This document shows positions 8,791 through 18,620 of a stretch of DNA of 64,000 bases, one piece after another. Under the pieces are notes generated by a model, which saw only the letters and a program-made list of their open reading frames with translations, did no database searches and was not told the origin of the DNA. Numbering within the stretch: position 1 is the stretch's first letter; the number at the start of each line of letters is the position of its first letter. This DNA comes from Gemmatimonadota bacterium (GTDB lineage: Bacteria; Gemmatimonadota; Gemmatimonadetes; Gemmatimonadales; GWC2-71-9), in contig JBDHIK010000005.1 in assembly GCA_039587475.1 (NCBI GenBank), forward strand, positions 5,741 through 69,740. The letters are read 5' to 3'. Position numbers and translations under genes: made by a program.

Positions 8791-10130
8791 AGAGTGCCGC
8801 CTCGTTCGGTATCCTCATGGCCGCCACCACGATCGGCGCGGTCGGGGCCGGCGCGCAGGACACGCGACTCACGATACTCCAGGACGGGCGGGTGCTGGTC
8901 AGCCGCACCGTGGTCGTGGCAGTGCCGCGTGGCACGTCCACTCACCAACTGTCGTTGGGCACCCTGGATCCCGGGAGCCTCGTGTCGTTGGACCCGGAGG
9001 TCGCCATCCGCCACGTGGAGTTCGTGGACGGGACCGACACGCCGGCGATCATGGCCCGGGGCATCGGTCGGTCCTTTCTGGTGCGCACCCGGGACGACTC
9101 GGTGTCCCTCACGCTGCTGGGGATCGAGCCGATGCGGTGGCGCTGGCCCGACGGGACCGTCAGTTATGGCCTCCCGGACGGAAGGCTGGGGTTCCCGCCG
9201 GATCTGGTGCCGGCCACGCCGGCGCTGACCCTGACGATCGACGCGCGCCGTGACCGGGAGGGCCTCGCACTCGCCTATCTGCGCGAGGGGGCCACGTGGG
9301 ATGCCAGCTACAGCGTGCTGCTGGCGGAGGACGGCGCCGTCATGCAGGGCCTGGCCACGATCACCTCGACCCGGTTGGCCGCCGAGGACGCCGACGTAGC
9401 GTTGCTGGCGGGGTCGGTGTCGCGAGCAGGCGGGCCGGGCGTGCCCGTCGCCCGGGTCATGAGGGAGGCGCAGGGTCGTGCCGAGCCGACTGCTCGACCC
9501 GTCGGCGATGTCCAGGTCTATCCCTTGTCCGAGGCGGTCACCCTGGCTCCCGGTCAGAGCAGCACCGTGGCCTTGGTGGCCCCGACGGCTGCCGCCTCCC
9601 GGCGCCGTTACGTCGCACTCGGGTCTCTGCCCTGGAGCGGATCGCTGGGCGGCGCCGGCGGCCAGACGGATCTGGCGGTTCGGGTCGGCTACCTGGTGGC
9701 TCGCCCACAGGGGAGTGTGCTGGGGGACCAGCCACTCCCCGGTGGTGTGGTGCGGTTGTATCGCCGGGACGAGGATGAGCGCCTCCGACTGATCGGAGAG
9801 TCGCGTATCCCACATTCCCCGGCTGGGCAGGACCTCGAACTGGACGCCGGTCTGGCGTTCGATCTGACCGGCAAGCGCTGGATGACCAACTTCCAGCAGA
9901 TGCGGGAGGACAACCGCCGGGTCGAAGACGCCACCTTCACCGTGACCCTGACCAACGGCGGAACTCGGGACGTCACCGTCGAGGTGGTCGAGCGGCGCCG
10001 CGGCGAATGGTCGGTGCTCGAGAGCTCCCTCCCCTGGGAGCAGGTCTCCGCTACCGAAATCCGCATTCCGGTAGCCGTCCCTGCGGGGAGTGACGTCAGT
10101 TTCACGTATCGTCTCAAGGTGTATCCGTGA
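8787..10130 (+). CDS. Secreted DUF4139-like protein
   Basis: ATG 8787 overlaps the upstream stop (ATGA). It has a signal peptide (MKSAASFGILMAATTIGAVGAGAQD). The beta-rich sequence resembles the DUF4139 (MuiA-like) family, a call made by eye. Confidence 0.55.
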   Translation: MKSAASFGILMAATTIGAVGAGAQDTRLTILQDGRVLVSRTVVVAVPRGTSTHQLSLGTLDPGSLVSLDPEVAIRHVEFVDGTDTPAIMARGIGRSFLVRTRDDSVSLTLLGIEPMRWRWPDGTVSYGLPDGRLGFPPDLVPATPALTLTIDARRDREGLALAYLREGATWDASYSVLLAEDGAVMQGLATITSTRLAAEDADVALLAGSVSRAGGPGVPVARVMREAQGRAEPTARPVGDVQVYPLSEAVTLAPGQSSTVALVAPTAAASRRRYVALGSLPWSGSLGGAGGQTDLAVRVGYLVARPQGSVLGDQPLPGGVVRLYRRDEDERLRLIGESRIPHSPAGQDLELDAGLAFDLTGKRWMTNFQQMREDNRRVEDATFTVTLTNGGTRDVTVEVVERRRGEWSVLESSLPWEQVSATEIRIPVAVPAGSDVSFTYRLKVYP

Positions 10131-10987
10131 GTCCAGTCACCCTCATTCACGTGTCCGACCCCCACTTCGGGTGGCCCTGCGACCTGGACCAGATCGACGC
10201 GCTCGTGGACATGGCGCCCGGCCTGGAACCCGATGCCATCGCCGTCTCGGGAGACCTGACGCAGCGGGCCCGGCACGGGGAGTACCAGCGGGCGCTGGTG
10301 TTCATCGATCAGTTGAAGGCCGTGGCGCCTACGCTGGTCGTCCCTGGAAACCACGACGTCCAGTGGTGGCAGAGTCCCTTCGGGGTGCGTGGACAGCGCG
10401 TCAAATATGCCAAGTACCGGCAGTACATCGACACGGACCTGACTCCGGTGGTGACGGCCGCGGGTGTGGTACTGGCCGGAGCGTTGTCGGCCTACGGGTT
10501 CTCGGTCGGGGCGCTCACCTGGAATCCCAACGACGTCACGGTCAAGGGGCATCTGCCCAAGCCGGAGACGGATCGTCTGGCGCGCATCTTCAAGGAAGCC
10601 GACCCGGCCGACGCCCGGGTGGCGGTACTGCACCACAACGTGCTCAGAGGGCAGCTGTCGCAGCGCATGGGGCTGGCTCACTGGCGCAGTGCTCAGACGC
10701 GGCTGCGGAACTCGGGGGCCGACGTCATTCTGTGCGGGCATGACCACCAGGAGGGCGTCGGCCAGATCGATGGTGTCGTCCCGGTGAGCACGGTGGGAAC
10801 CCACAGCTCCCGCTCGCGCGGGAAGCGGCCTTCCGTGTTCAATGTGATCCGGATCGACCCCCAGGCCGTGCACATCCAGCACATGCGGTGGGATCGCTCC
10901 GCGTCGAAGTTCCGGGCGTCGGACAGCCACAGCTTCGCCCGTATGGTGTCGGAGGAACGGGGACAGGCCATTGCACGCTCCGCCTGA
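10127..10987 (+). CDS. Calcineurin-like metallophosphoesterase
   Basis: GTG 10127 overlaps the upstream TGA. Motifs present are HVSDPH, SGDLT, GNHD, VLHHN and GHDH. Confidence 0.75.
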   Translation: MSPVTLIHVSDPHFGWPCDLDQIDALVDMAPGLEPDAIAVSGDLTQRARHGEYQRALVFIDQLKAVAPTLVVPGNHDVQWWQSPFGVRGQRVKYAKYRQYIDTDLTPVVTAAGVVLAGALSAYGFSVGALTWNPNDVTVKGHLPKPETDRLARIFKEADPADARVAVLHHNVLRGQLSQRMGLAHWRSAQTRLRNSGADVILCGHDHQEGVGQIDGVVPVSTVGTHSSRSRGKRPSVFNVIRIDPQAVHIQHMRWDRSASKFRASDSHSFARMVSEERGQAIARSA

Positions 10988-11657
10988 GGAAGCCGCCCCG
11001 TCCTTGCGGCAGGCTCCGGACGCGGTCCTGGGCGCCCGGCTACGGCGACTTGGCCTGGCACCGGAGTTGACCGTGAAGACCCACAACAACCGAACGGTGA
11101 TGGTCAGTGTCACGCCTCGCGGAACGTTGCGGGTCCACCGCGGCTACAGCCACGCTCCGGACCGCGTCCTGCGGGCCATCGTTCGCTTCGTGAGCCCGCG
11201 AACCTCGCGGGAACGGCGCCGGGCCGCCGAGGATGAGCTCCTGTCGTTCCCCGCGCGCCAGCACTCGACCGACGAGCGCGGGCCGGTCCGTCTCGACCAG
11301 CCGCACCCGGGGGACGAACCGATCCTGGACCGGCTTCGCGCCATGCACGGTCGGCTGAATCGGTTGTGGTTCGACGGTGCCCTGCGGGACATTCCGTTCC
11401 GATTGTCAGGTCGCATGAAGCGGAGCCTTGGCGAGTTGTGCCTGGACGCCCGGAGCCGTGAAGCGTTGCACATCGCGCTGAGCCGGCGGCATCTGCGGCG
11501 CGACGGGTGGGTCGAGGTCGAGCACACGGTGCTGCATGAGATGGTTCACCAGTGGCAGGCCGAAACCGGTCAACCGGTCGATCACGGGCCGGGATTTCGA
11601 CGCAAGGCTCATGAGGTAGGCATCGAGCCGGCGGCCCGGAGAGACATCCGCCGCTAG
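10971..11657 (+). CDS. SprT-like zinc metalloprotease domain protein
   Basis: The C-terminal EHTVLHEMVHQWQ (HExxH) sits in a SprT-like context. The start (TTG 10971) overlaps the upstream gene by 17 nt and is uncertain. Confidence 0.6.
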   Translation: MHAPPEEAAPSLRQAPDAVLGARLRRLGLAPELTVKTHNNRTVMVSVTPRGTLRVHRGYSHAPDRVLRAIVRFVSPRTSRERRRAAEDELLSFPARQHSTDERGPVRLDQPHPGDEPILDRLRAMHGRLNRLWFDGALRDIPFRLSGRMKRSLGELCLDARSREALHIALSRRHLRRDGWVEVEHTVLHEMVHQWQAETGQPVDHGPGFRRKAHEVGIEPAARRDIRR

Positions 11658-11746
11658 GCGTCCTCTCCCGGCCGGAGACAGGGCACGGGGTAGATCTCGA
11701 GGACGCGTTCACATTTCCGCGCGGCATGCTGCGCGCTGTCTGAGGG

Positions 11747-12946
11747 GTGGTACGGTCGATGGCGAATCCAATGTCGGGTGCCGACTTCTACGAGTTCGAT
11801 TCCCTCCTGTCAGAGGAGGAACGAGCCGTGCGCGATACGGTCCGTACGTGGGTAGACGACAATCTCATGCCCATCATCGGGGACTGCTACGTCGAGGGAA
11901 GATTTCCCAGGGAGCTCATTCCCCAGATGGCCGAGCTTGGGTTCTTCGGCGCCAATCTCCCGGAAGACTACGGCTGTGCCGGGCTGAACAACGTCGCCTA
12001 CGGACTCATCATGCAGGAACTGGAGCGCGGGGACTCCGGGATCCGGTCCTTCGCCTCGGTCCAGGGCGCCCTGGTCATGTACCCCATCTTTGCCTTTGGC
12101 TCCGAGGAGCAGCGGACGACGTGGTTGCCACGTCTCGCGTCCGGCGAGGACATCGGTTGTTTTGGGCTCACCGAGCCCGATTTCGGTTCCAATCCGGCGG
12201 GGATGATCACGACCGCTCGGGAAACGTCGGACGGGTGGGTGCTGAACGGGACCAAGATGTGGATCACCAACGGCTCGCAAGCCACGGTGGCGATCGTGTG
12301 GGCCAAGACCGGGGAGGTGAGCGACGCCGGGTCCATTCGCGGCTTCATCGTTCCGACCGATACCCCGGGATTCACCGGCAAGGACCAGAAGGGCAAACTG
12401 TCGCTCCGCGCCTCCGACACCAGTGAGTTGCATCTCGAGGACGTTCACCTTCCCAAGGATGCGTTGCTACCCAAGAGCGACGGCATCAAGAGCCCGCTGA
12501 TGTGCCTGACCCAGGCCCGATACGGCATTGCCTGGGGTGGCATCGGGGCGGCCATGGCGTGCTTCGAGGAAGCCGTCAGCTACGGACTCAACCGCGTCAT
12601 GTTCGACAAGCCCATCGCCCATACCCAGATCCAACAGGTGCGACTGGCGGACATGCTGACGGAGATCGTCAAGGCGCAGTTCATGACGCTGCAGTTGGGC
12701 CGTCTCAAGGATGCCGGCACCATGACGCCGGACCAGGTCTCCATGGCGAAGCGGAACAACGTCGACATGGCCTGCGAGGTTGCCCGGGAGGCCCGGAGGC
12801 TCCTCGGCGCCAACGGCATTCTGGCTGAGTACCACTCCATGCGCCACATGGCCAACCTCGAATCCGTGTATACGTATGAGGGTACCCACGACATGCACTC
12901 GCTCATCCTGGGCCACGCCATCACCGGCGCCCCCGCGTTCAAGTAG
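11747..12946 (+). CDS. gcdH: Glutaryl-CoA dehydrogenase (acyl-CoA dehydrogenase family)
   Basis: 399 aa with ACAD motifs throughout (GCFGLTEPDFGSNP, KMWITNG, YTYEGTHDMHSLILG). An alternative ATG start exists at 11759. Confidence 0.85.
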   Translation: MVRSMANPMSGADFYEFDSLLSEEERAVRDTVRTWVDDNLMPIIGDCYVEGRFPRELIPQMAELGFFGANLPEDYGCAGLNNVAYGLIMQELERGDSGIRSFASVQGALVMYPIFAFGSEEQRTTWLPRLASGEDIGCFGLTEPDFGSNPAGMITTARETSDGWVLNGTKMWITNGSQATVAIVWAKTGEVSDAGSIRGFIVPTDTPGFTGKDQKGKLSLRASDTSELHLEDVHLPKDALLPKSDGIKSPLMCLTQARYGIAWGGIGAAMACFEEAVSYGLNRVMFDKPIAHTQIQQVRLADMLTEIVKAQFMTLQLGRLKDAGTMTPDQVSMAKRNNVDMACEVAREARRLLGANGILAEYHSMRHMANLESVYTYEGTHDMHSLILGHAITGAPAFK

Positions 12947-13046
12947 AGCGTCATCCCTCCCTTCGCGCCACACGGGGGATTATTTTTCAAGGCTGGAATG
13001 TGACCCGAACGAGTCCCGAATCTCTACCACTACCGAGGCACCGTCC

Positions 13047-13796
13047 GTGAAGATCGCCGTCTGTCTCAAACGCGTCCCCGACACCACCGCCAAGATCGTG
13101 ATCGGCGGGGACGGCAAGTCCATAGATGAATCCGGGGTGAAATTCGTCCCCAATCCCTATGACGAGTACGCCGTCGAGGAGGCTATCAGCCTCCAGGAAA
13201 AGGCAGCTGCCGGGGAGACCGTCGTGTACTCCCTCGGCGGCGCCTCGTCCCAGGAGACCATCCGTACGGCCCTGGCGATGGGGATCGACCGTGGTGTCCT
13301 CCTGGAGGGCGCCGGCAGCGCCGACGGCATGGTGGTGGCCAGGGCGCTCGCCAGCGAGCTCGAAGGACAGGGTTTCGACCTCATCCTGTTCGGCAAGCTG
13401 GCGGTTGACGACTACAACCATCAGGTCGGCGCCATGACGGCCGAACTCATGGGACTCCCCTGCATCACGACCGTGTCCCATCTCGAGATCGAGAACGGTG
13501 GTGTGGTCGCGGAGCGGGAAATCGAAGGCGGGGTCGAGGTCGTCACGTGCCGGCTGCCCGCAGTCCTCACGTGCGAGAAGGGCCTGAACGAACCACGGTT
13601 GCCCAAGCTCAAGGGCATCATGGCGGCCAAGAAGAAGCCCCTGGAGGTGAAGCCGGTGGAGTTGGCTCCCGGCAATATGGAGGTGGTTGGGCTGGAGCTG
13701 CCGCCGGCAAGAAGCGAAGGCAAGATCGTCGGGGAAGGCCCCGACGCCGTCCCTGAACTGGTCAACCTGCTTCGCCACGAAGCGAAGGTGCTGTAA
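13047..13796 (+). CDS. etfB: Electron transfer flavoprotein subunit beta
   Basis: GTG 13047. KIAVCLKRVPDTTAKI..., NPYDEYAVEEA and the full length match EtfB. Confidence 0.9.
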   Translation: MKIAVCLKRVPDTTAKIVIGGDGKSIDESGVKFVPNPYDEYAVEEAISLQEKAAAGETVVYSLGGASSQETIRTALAMGIDRGVLLEGAGSADGMVVARALASELEGQGFDLILFGKLAVDDYNHQVGAMTAELMGLPCITTVSHLEIENGGVVAEREIEGGVEVVTCRLPAVLTCEKGLNEPRLPKLKGIMAAKKKPLEVKPVELAPGNMEVVGLELPPARSEGKIVGEGPDAVPELVNLLRHEAKVL

Positions 13797-13798
13797 CA

Positions 13799-14767
13799 AT
13801 GGCCCGCATACTGGCTGTCATGGAGCAGCGCGATGGTACGCTGCGGAAGGTTTCCCACGAAATCGTCACTGCGGCGCGACTGCTCGCCGACACGCTGGGG
13901 ACAACCGTTGATGCCCTGGTCATCGGTGCCGGCCCCGTCGCAGGCATCGATGCGCTCGGCGGCTTCGGCGCCGACCGGGTACTCACGGTCGAGCACGAGG
14001 GGCTCGGCCTCTATCAGCCGGACGGATACGCCACCGCCGCGGCCGCGGCCGCGGATGGGTGTGCCGCGGTGATGTGTGCCGCGACGGCGACGGGCAAGGA
14101 CCTGGCGCCGCGCATCGCGGCCAAACTCGGAGCCGCATACGCCGCCGAGATCACCGGGTGCACGGTGGACGGGGAACACCTGGTCGCCACCCGGCCGGTC
14201 TACGCCGGCAAGGCGTTGCAACGGGTCAGGATGACGGGGACCGCGGTGCTGTCGGTTCGCCCCAATACCGTGCCGCCGGCCCAATCCGCCAAGGCCGGCG
14301 CCGTCGAGGCGTTCGTCATGCCGACGTTCACCCCACGGGTCACGGTGACCGAGGTCAAGGCCCCGGCCGTCGCCGTGCTGGACGTGGCCGAGGCGGCCAT
14401 CGTCGTGTCCGGTGGCCGGGGGCTCAAGGAGCCTGAACATTTCAGTCTCATCGAGGACCTCGCGGCCGCCCTCGGCGATGCCGCGGTCGGGGCCAGTCGC
14501 GCGGTGGTGGATGCCGGATGGCGTGACCACTCAGCCCAGGTCGGACAGACCGGGAAGACGGTGAGTCCGAACCTGTACGTGGCTGTGGGGATCTCCGGGG
14601 CCATCCAACATCTCGCCGGCATGCGCACCGCCAAGACCATCGTGGCCATCAACAAGGACGCCGACGCCCCCATCTTCAAGGTGGCCGACTACGGCATCGT
14701 CGGCGATCTGTTCGAGGTGGTGCCCCGGCTGACGGACGAAGTCAAGAAAGCCAAAGCCGAAGGCTGA
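13799..14767 (+). CDS. etfA: Electron transfer flavoprotein subunit alpha
   Basis: 322 aa. The C-terminal FAD-binding block ([30 protein letters not shown]) is present. Confidence 0.9.
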   Translation: MARILAVMEQRDGTLRKVSHEIVTAARLLADTLGTTVDALVIGAGPVAGIDALGGFGADRVLTVEHEGLGLYQPDGYATAAAAAADGCAAVMCAATATGKDLAPRIAAKLGAAYAAEITGCTVDGEHLVATRPVYAGKALQRVRMTGTAVLSVRPNTVPPAQSAKAGAVEAFVMPTFTPRVTVTEVKAPAVAVLDVAEAAIVVSGGRGLKEPEHFSLIEDLAAALGDAAVGASRAVVDAGWRDHSAQVGQTGKTVSPNLYVAVGISGAIQHLAGMRTAKTIVAINKDADAPIFKVADYGIVGDLFEVVPRLTDEVKKAKAEG

Positions 14768-14778
14768 TCACTCCGCCC

Positions 14779-15552
14779 ATGGCCCGATCACGCCGCTCGA
14801 TAGGACTTCGCCTCATCGGGATGGGTGTGGCGCTCTTGGCGCTGGCCGTTCCCGCCCAAGGTGCGCAGGCCCAGGATTCGACAGAGGTGACGGGCAACCT
14901 CTGGCTGGATTTCATCGTCAATTGGCGCTTCACCCCCCACCTCCGTTTCTTCGCCGACAATTACTATCGCACCGTGGTGAGCGGGGCGCCGGACCAACGG
15001 ATGATCGGCACCAGGCCCGAGCTGGCCTGGTCAGCGCTGGGTTGGATGCAAGCGATGGCCGGAGCCAACATCCGCTACACCGACGACAGTGACGGGCTCA
15101 ATTCCTGGGAACTGAGGCCTTACCTCGGCGTGCAGTTCATCGCCGACCGATTCCGGAGGGTCGTGTTCCAGAACTACACCCGGTTGGAGTATCGTAACTT
15201 CCTCTATACCGGGTCGGACTCGACCTCCTCGTCGTGGCGCCTCCGCTCACGGTTCGAGGCTGCGGTACTGATTGCCGGAGACCATCTTGGCGATCAAGGT
15301 AGTTGGGACCTCATCGGAGATGCAGAGTTCTTCGTCGACCTGTCGGATCCGGTGGAAGAGCGCTTCGCCGACCGGCTGCGGTTTCGCTTTGGTGTTGGGT
15401 ACGTCCACACGCTCAAATGGCGCTTCGATGGGTTCTACGTATTACAGTACTCGCGCGACACCCAGACCAGTGGCGTGACATCGATCGACAATTACCTTCG
15501 CCTCCGCGTGAAGTATTATCCTGGGACTCGGTTTCTCGAGCGCTTCAGATGA
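14779..15552 (+). CDS. Outer-membrane beta-barrel-like protein (DUF2490-like)
   Basis: It has a signal peptide (ALLALAVPAQGAQAQD) and alternating aromatic/polar beta-strand pattern with repeated YR/RF motifs. The family assignment is tentative. Confidence 0.5.
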   Translation: MARSRRSIGLRLIGMGVALLALAVPAQGAQAQDSTEVTGNLWLDFIVNWRFTPHLRFFADNYYRTVVSGAPDQRMIGTRPELAWSALGWMQAMAGANIRYTDDSDGLNSWELRPYLGVQFIADRFRRVVFQNYTRLEYRNFLYTGSDSTSSSWRLRSRFEAAVLIAGDHLGDQGSWDLIGDAEFFVDLSDPVEERFADRLRFRFGVGYVHTLKWRFDGFYVLQYSRDTQTSGVTSIDNYLRLRVKYYPGTRFLERFR

Positions 15553-15582
15553 ACACCGGGCCTGACTGAACAAGGAGCCATT

Positions 15583-17226
15583 GTGGCGACGATACTTCCC
15601 GTACGGCATCAGGTGCCCCTGCCGCAAACCCGATTGATCATCACGGACGCTCCAGGCGAAGAGGCCATGGACGTGGACGTGGTGATCGTGGGTGGCGGGC
15701 CGGCAGGATTGTCCGCCGCCATCGAGTTGGCGCGACTCATCAAGGAAGACGGCACCCTCGGGGAGATCAGCATCGGAGTGCTCGAGAAGGCCGGGAGCCT
15801 GGGCGAGCACAGTCTGTCCGGTGCGGTGGTGAATCCGCGGGCCTTCCGTGAGCTGTTCCCAGACATGGACATGGCAGACTTCCCGTTTCGCGAGGAGGTC
15901 ACCAAGGAAGCGGTCTACTATCTCACGGAATCCCGCGCCGTTCGCATTCCCACGCCGCCGACGATGCACAACCAGGGCTTCTACTCCGCATCCATCTGTG
16001 AGATCGTGCGCTGGTTGGGAGAACGGGCTGAGGAGCTGGGTGTCGACATCTTCGCCGGTTTTCCGGCGGAGGGGTTGTTCGTGGACGGCCAGCGTGTGAC
16101 CGGCGTCCGGACGGTCCCGACCGGCCTGGACCGGGACGGCAGTCCGGGACCGTCCTACGAGGACCCAGCCGAGCTCACGGCTCGGGTGACCGTGCTGGCC
16201 GAAGGCACCCGGGGGCCGTTGGGACAGGCCTACCGGACCTGGCAGGGGATCGAGTCGGCCAATCCGCAGCTCTTCGCTCTGGGGGTCAAGGAAGTCTGGG
16301 AGGTGAAGCGGCCGCTCGACCAGGTGGTCCACACCATGGGATGGCCACTGGCCAACGACGAGTTCGGCGGCAGCTGGATGTACCCCTACGGCCCCAACCA
16401 GATCTCCCTGGGCCTGGTGGTCGGGCTCGACTACGGCAATGCCAACGTCGACGTCCACGAGATGTTACAGCGGATGAAGCAACACCCGCTCGTCCGGGAA
16501 TACCTGGAGGGGGGCGAGTTGCTCGAGTGGGGCGCCAAGACCATTCCTGAGGGCGGCTACTACTCCCTCCCTGCACGGCACCATGGCGACGGGCTGCTCA
16601 TGGTTGGGGACACCGTCGGCTTCGTCGACGTCCCGTCGCTGAAGGGCATTCACTACGCCATGCAGTCGGGCATCTTCGCGGCACGCGCAGCGTTCTCCGC
16701 GCTCAAGGCCGACGATGTCTCTGCGGCCACCCTCGGGGCCTACGACCGGATGGTGAACGACAGCTACATCGTGGCAGACATGCATCGCACGCGGAACATG
16801 CGGCTGGCCTTCAAGGACGGATTCTACGTCGGTGCAGCCAAGGCAGGACTCATGACCGTGACCGGCGGGCGGGTGCCCGGCAAGCGGATCGCCATGGAGG
16901 CGGATGCCGAGGCGCCACGCCAATCGCGCCCGGTGGCGCCGTTCAAACCCGACAACGCCCTGACGTTCAGCAAGGTCGACGCGGTCTTCAAGGCCGGCAA
17001 CGCCACTCGGGACGACATTCCCAGCCATCTCCTCGTGGGCGAGGACGTCGATGGTGCCATCGCCGACTTCTACGCCGCGTTGTGCCCCGCAGGCGTCTAT
17101 GAGCGATCCGGAGATGCGTTGCGCGTCAACGCCCCCAACTGTGTCGACTGCAAGGCCACCGACGTGCTGGGCCCGCGCTGGACGCCGCGCGAAGGCGGCA
17201 GCGGACCGGCCTACCGGAACATGTGA
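15583..17226 (+). CDS. Electron transfer flavoprotein:ubiquinone oxidoreductase
   Basis: DVVIVGGGPAGLSAA FAD motif and C-terminal 4Fe-4S region (CPAGVYE...NCVDCKATD). The start may be ATG 15667 rather than GTG 15583. Confidence 0.9.
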   Translation: MATILPVRHQVPLPQTRLIITDAPGEEAMDVDVVIVGGGPAGLSAAIELARLIKEDGTLGEISIGVLEKAGSLGEHSLSGAVVNPRAFRELFPDMDMADFPFREEVTKEAVYYLTESRAVRIPTPPTMHNQGFYSASICEIVRWLGERAEELGVDIFAGFPAEGLFVDGQRVTGVRTVPTGLDRDGSPGPSYEDPAELTARVTVLAEGTRGPLGQAYRTWQGIESANPQLFALGVKEVWEVKRPLDQVVHTMGWPLANDEFGGSWMYPYGPNQISLGLVVGLDYGNANVDVHEMLQRMKQHPLVREYLEGGELLEWGAKTIPEGGYYSLPARHHGDGLLMVGDTVGFVDVPSLKGIHYAMQSGIFAARAAFSALKADDVSAATLGAYDRMVNDSYIVADMHRTRNMRLAFKDGFYVGAAKAGLMTVTGGRVPGKRIAMEADAEAPRQSRPVAPFKPDNALTFSKVDAVFKAGNATRDDIPSHLLVGEDVDGAIADFYAALCPAGVYERSGDALRVNAPNCVDCKATDVLGPRWTPREGGSGPAYRNM

Positions 17227-17277
17227 GGATCTCGGTCGGGCCCGCGCCGAAGCCCGGCTCAGCCTGACGGCTCCCAC

Positions 17278-18606
17278 GTGACAGACTCCATGTGGCTTCT
17301 CCCCGTCCTGAGTGGCTTGTCTCGGCTTTCGGCCCGGACCTTCTACCGCCTCAGCGTCACTGGAGGTGCGGTCCCATCTGAAGGACCTGCCATCCTGGTC
17401 GCCAATCACCCCAACTCGCTCGTCGACCCCGTGCTCCTCGCCGCGGCGGCCGGCCGGCCGGTGCGTTTCCTGGCCAAGGCTCCGCTGTTCGACCACCCTG
17501 CGGTCGGGTTCCTGGTGCGCGGGTCCGGCGCCATTCCGGTGTACCGCCGTGTCGACGATCCCGGAGCGATGGGTCGCAACGAGGACATGTTCCGAGCGGC
17601 GCACGACGCCCTGGCCGAGGGTGATGCGGTCGGTCTGTTCCCGGAGGGGGTCAGCCACAGCGAGCCGTCCCTAATGCCACTCAAGACCGGAGCCGCTCGT
17701 CTTGCACTGGGTGCCGCGGCCTCGGGCCTCGCTTCGATTCCCATCATCCCCGTCGGCATCGTCCTGCGCCGGCGGGAGACCTTCCGGTCTCCTGCCTTGG
17801 TGGTCGTCGGTCAGCCCGTGCGTTGGGACGACCTCACTGACGGCGGGCCGGAGGACCGGGATGCCGTTCAGCGCCTGACCGAGAGGATCGAAGCAGGGCT
17901 CGAGGCCGTGACCCTGAACCTGGTGCGATGGGAAGACGAGCCTGTGGTGGCAACCGCGGAAGCCGTCTGGGCCGCCCAGGCGGGGGCCGGCGGAGATGAC
18001 TCCGTCCAGGTCGCCCGGGTGCGTCGAGTCGCCAAACTCCTCGCCGCACTTCGGGCCGAAGGGACAGCGGACTGGGGCTCCCTGTCCCAACGTCTGGCAG
18101 ATCATCGACGAAGGTTGAACGCCCTTGACCTGACCCCAGCCACCTTGGTCCAGGACATCGGCCCGGGTCAGGTGGTCCGTTGGTCCCTGACTCGGGTGCC
18201 GCTGCTTGTGGCCGCCTCGGTTGCCGTGGCGGGGTCGATCGTCTTCTGGCCGCCGTACCGGGCGGTTGGCTGGGCGGTGGACCGGCAGGATCTGGCCACG
18301 GACGTTCGGGCCACGCACAAACTGCTGTTGGGAGCCGCTCTGATGACCGGGTGGGTCATCGTGCTGGCCGTGGTCTCGGGCCTGGTGTGGGGCTGGGTGG
18401 CTGTCCTGGTGGCCCTGGTCGGGCTACCGCTCCTTGGCCTGGCGACACTGGAATTCCGGGAATGGGCGCTGGACAGCTGGCGGGCCGCCCGGCGCTATCT
18501 GTTGATGCGCAGCCGGGTCGAGGTGCGTGAGGAGCTTCGGGCTCAGCAGCGGCAGCTGGCGGACGAACTCGAGGCGATCAATCGCCGGTGGTCCGACAGC
18601 GAATGA
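17278..18606 (+). CDS. Lysophospholipid/glycerol-phosphate acyltransferase family protein with C-terminal membrane segment
   Basis: The N-terminal ANHPNSLVDP and FPEGVSH blocks resemble PlsC/LPLAT motifs. The C-terminal region has hydrophobic helices. Confidence 0.7.
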   Translation: MTDSMWLLPVLSGLSRLSARTFYRLSVTGGAVPSEGPAILVANHPNSLVDPVLLAAAAGRPVRFLAKAPLFDHPAVGFLVRGSGAIPVYRRVDDPGAMGRNEDMFRAAHDALAEGDAVGLFPEGVSHSEPSLMPLKTGAARLALGAAASGLASIPIIPVGIVLRRRETFRSPALVVVGQPVRWDDLTDGGPEDRDAVQRLTERIEAGLEAVTLNLVRWEDEPVVATAEAVWAAQAGAGGDDSVQVARVRRVAKLLAALRAEGTADWGSLSQRLADHRRRLNALDLTPATLVQDIGPGQVVRWSLTRVPLLVAASVAVAGSIVFWPPYRAVGWAVDRQDLATDVRATHKLLLGAALMTGWVIVLAVVSGLVWGWVAVLVALVGLPLLGLATLEFREWALDSWRAARRYLLMRSRVEVREELRAQQRQLADELEAINRRWSDSE

Positions 18607-18620
18607 CGATCTGCGTGGCG

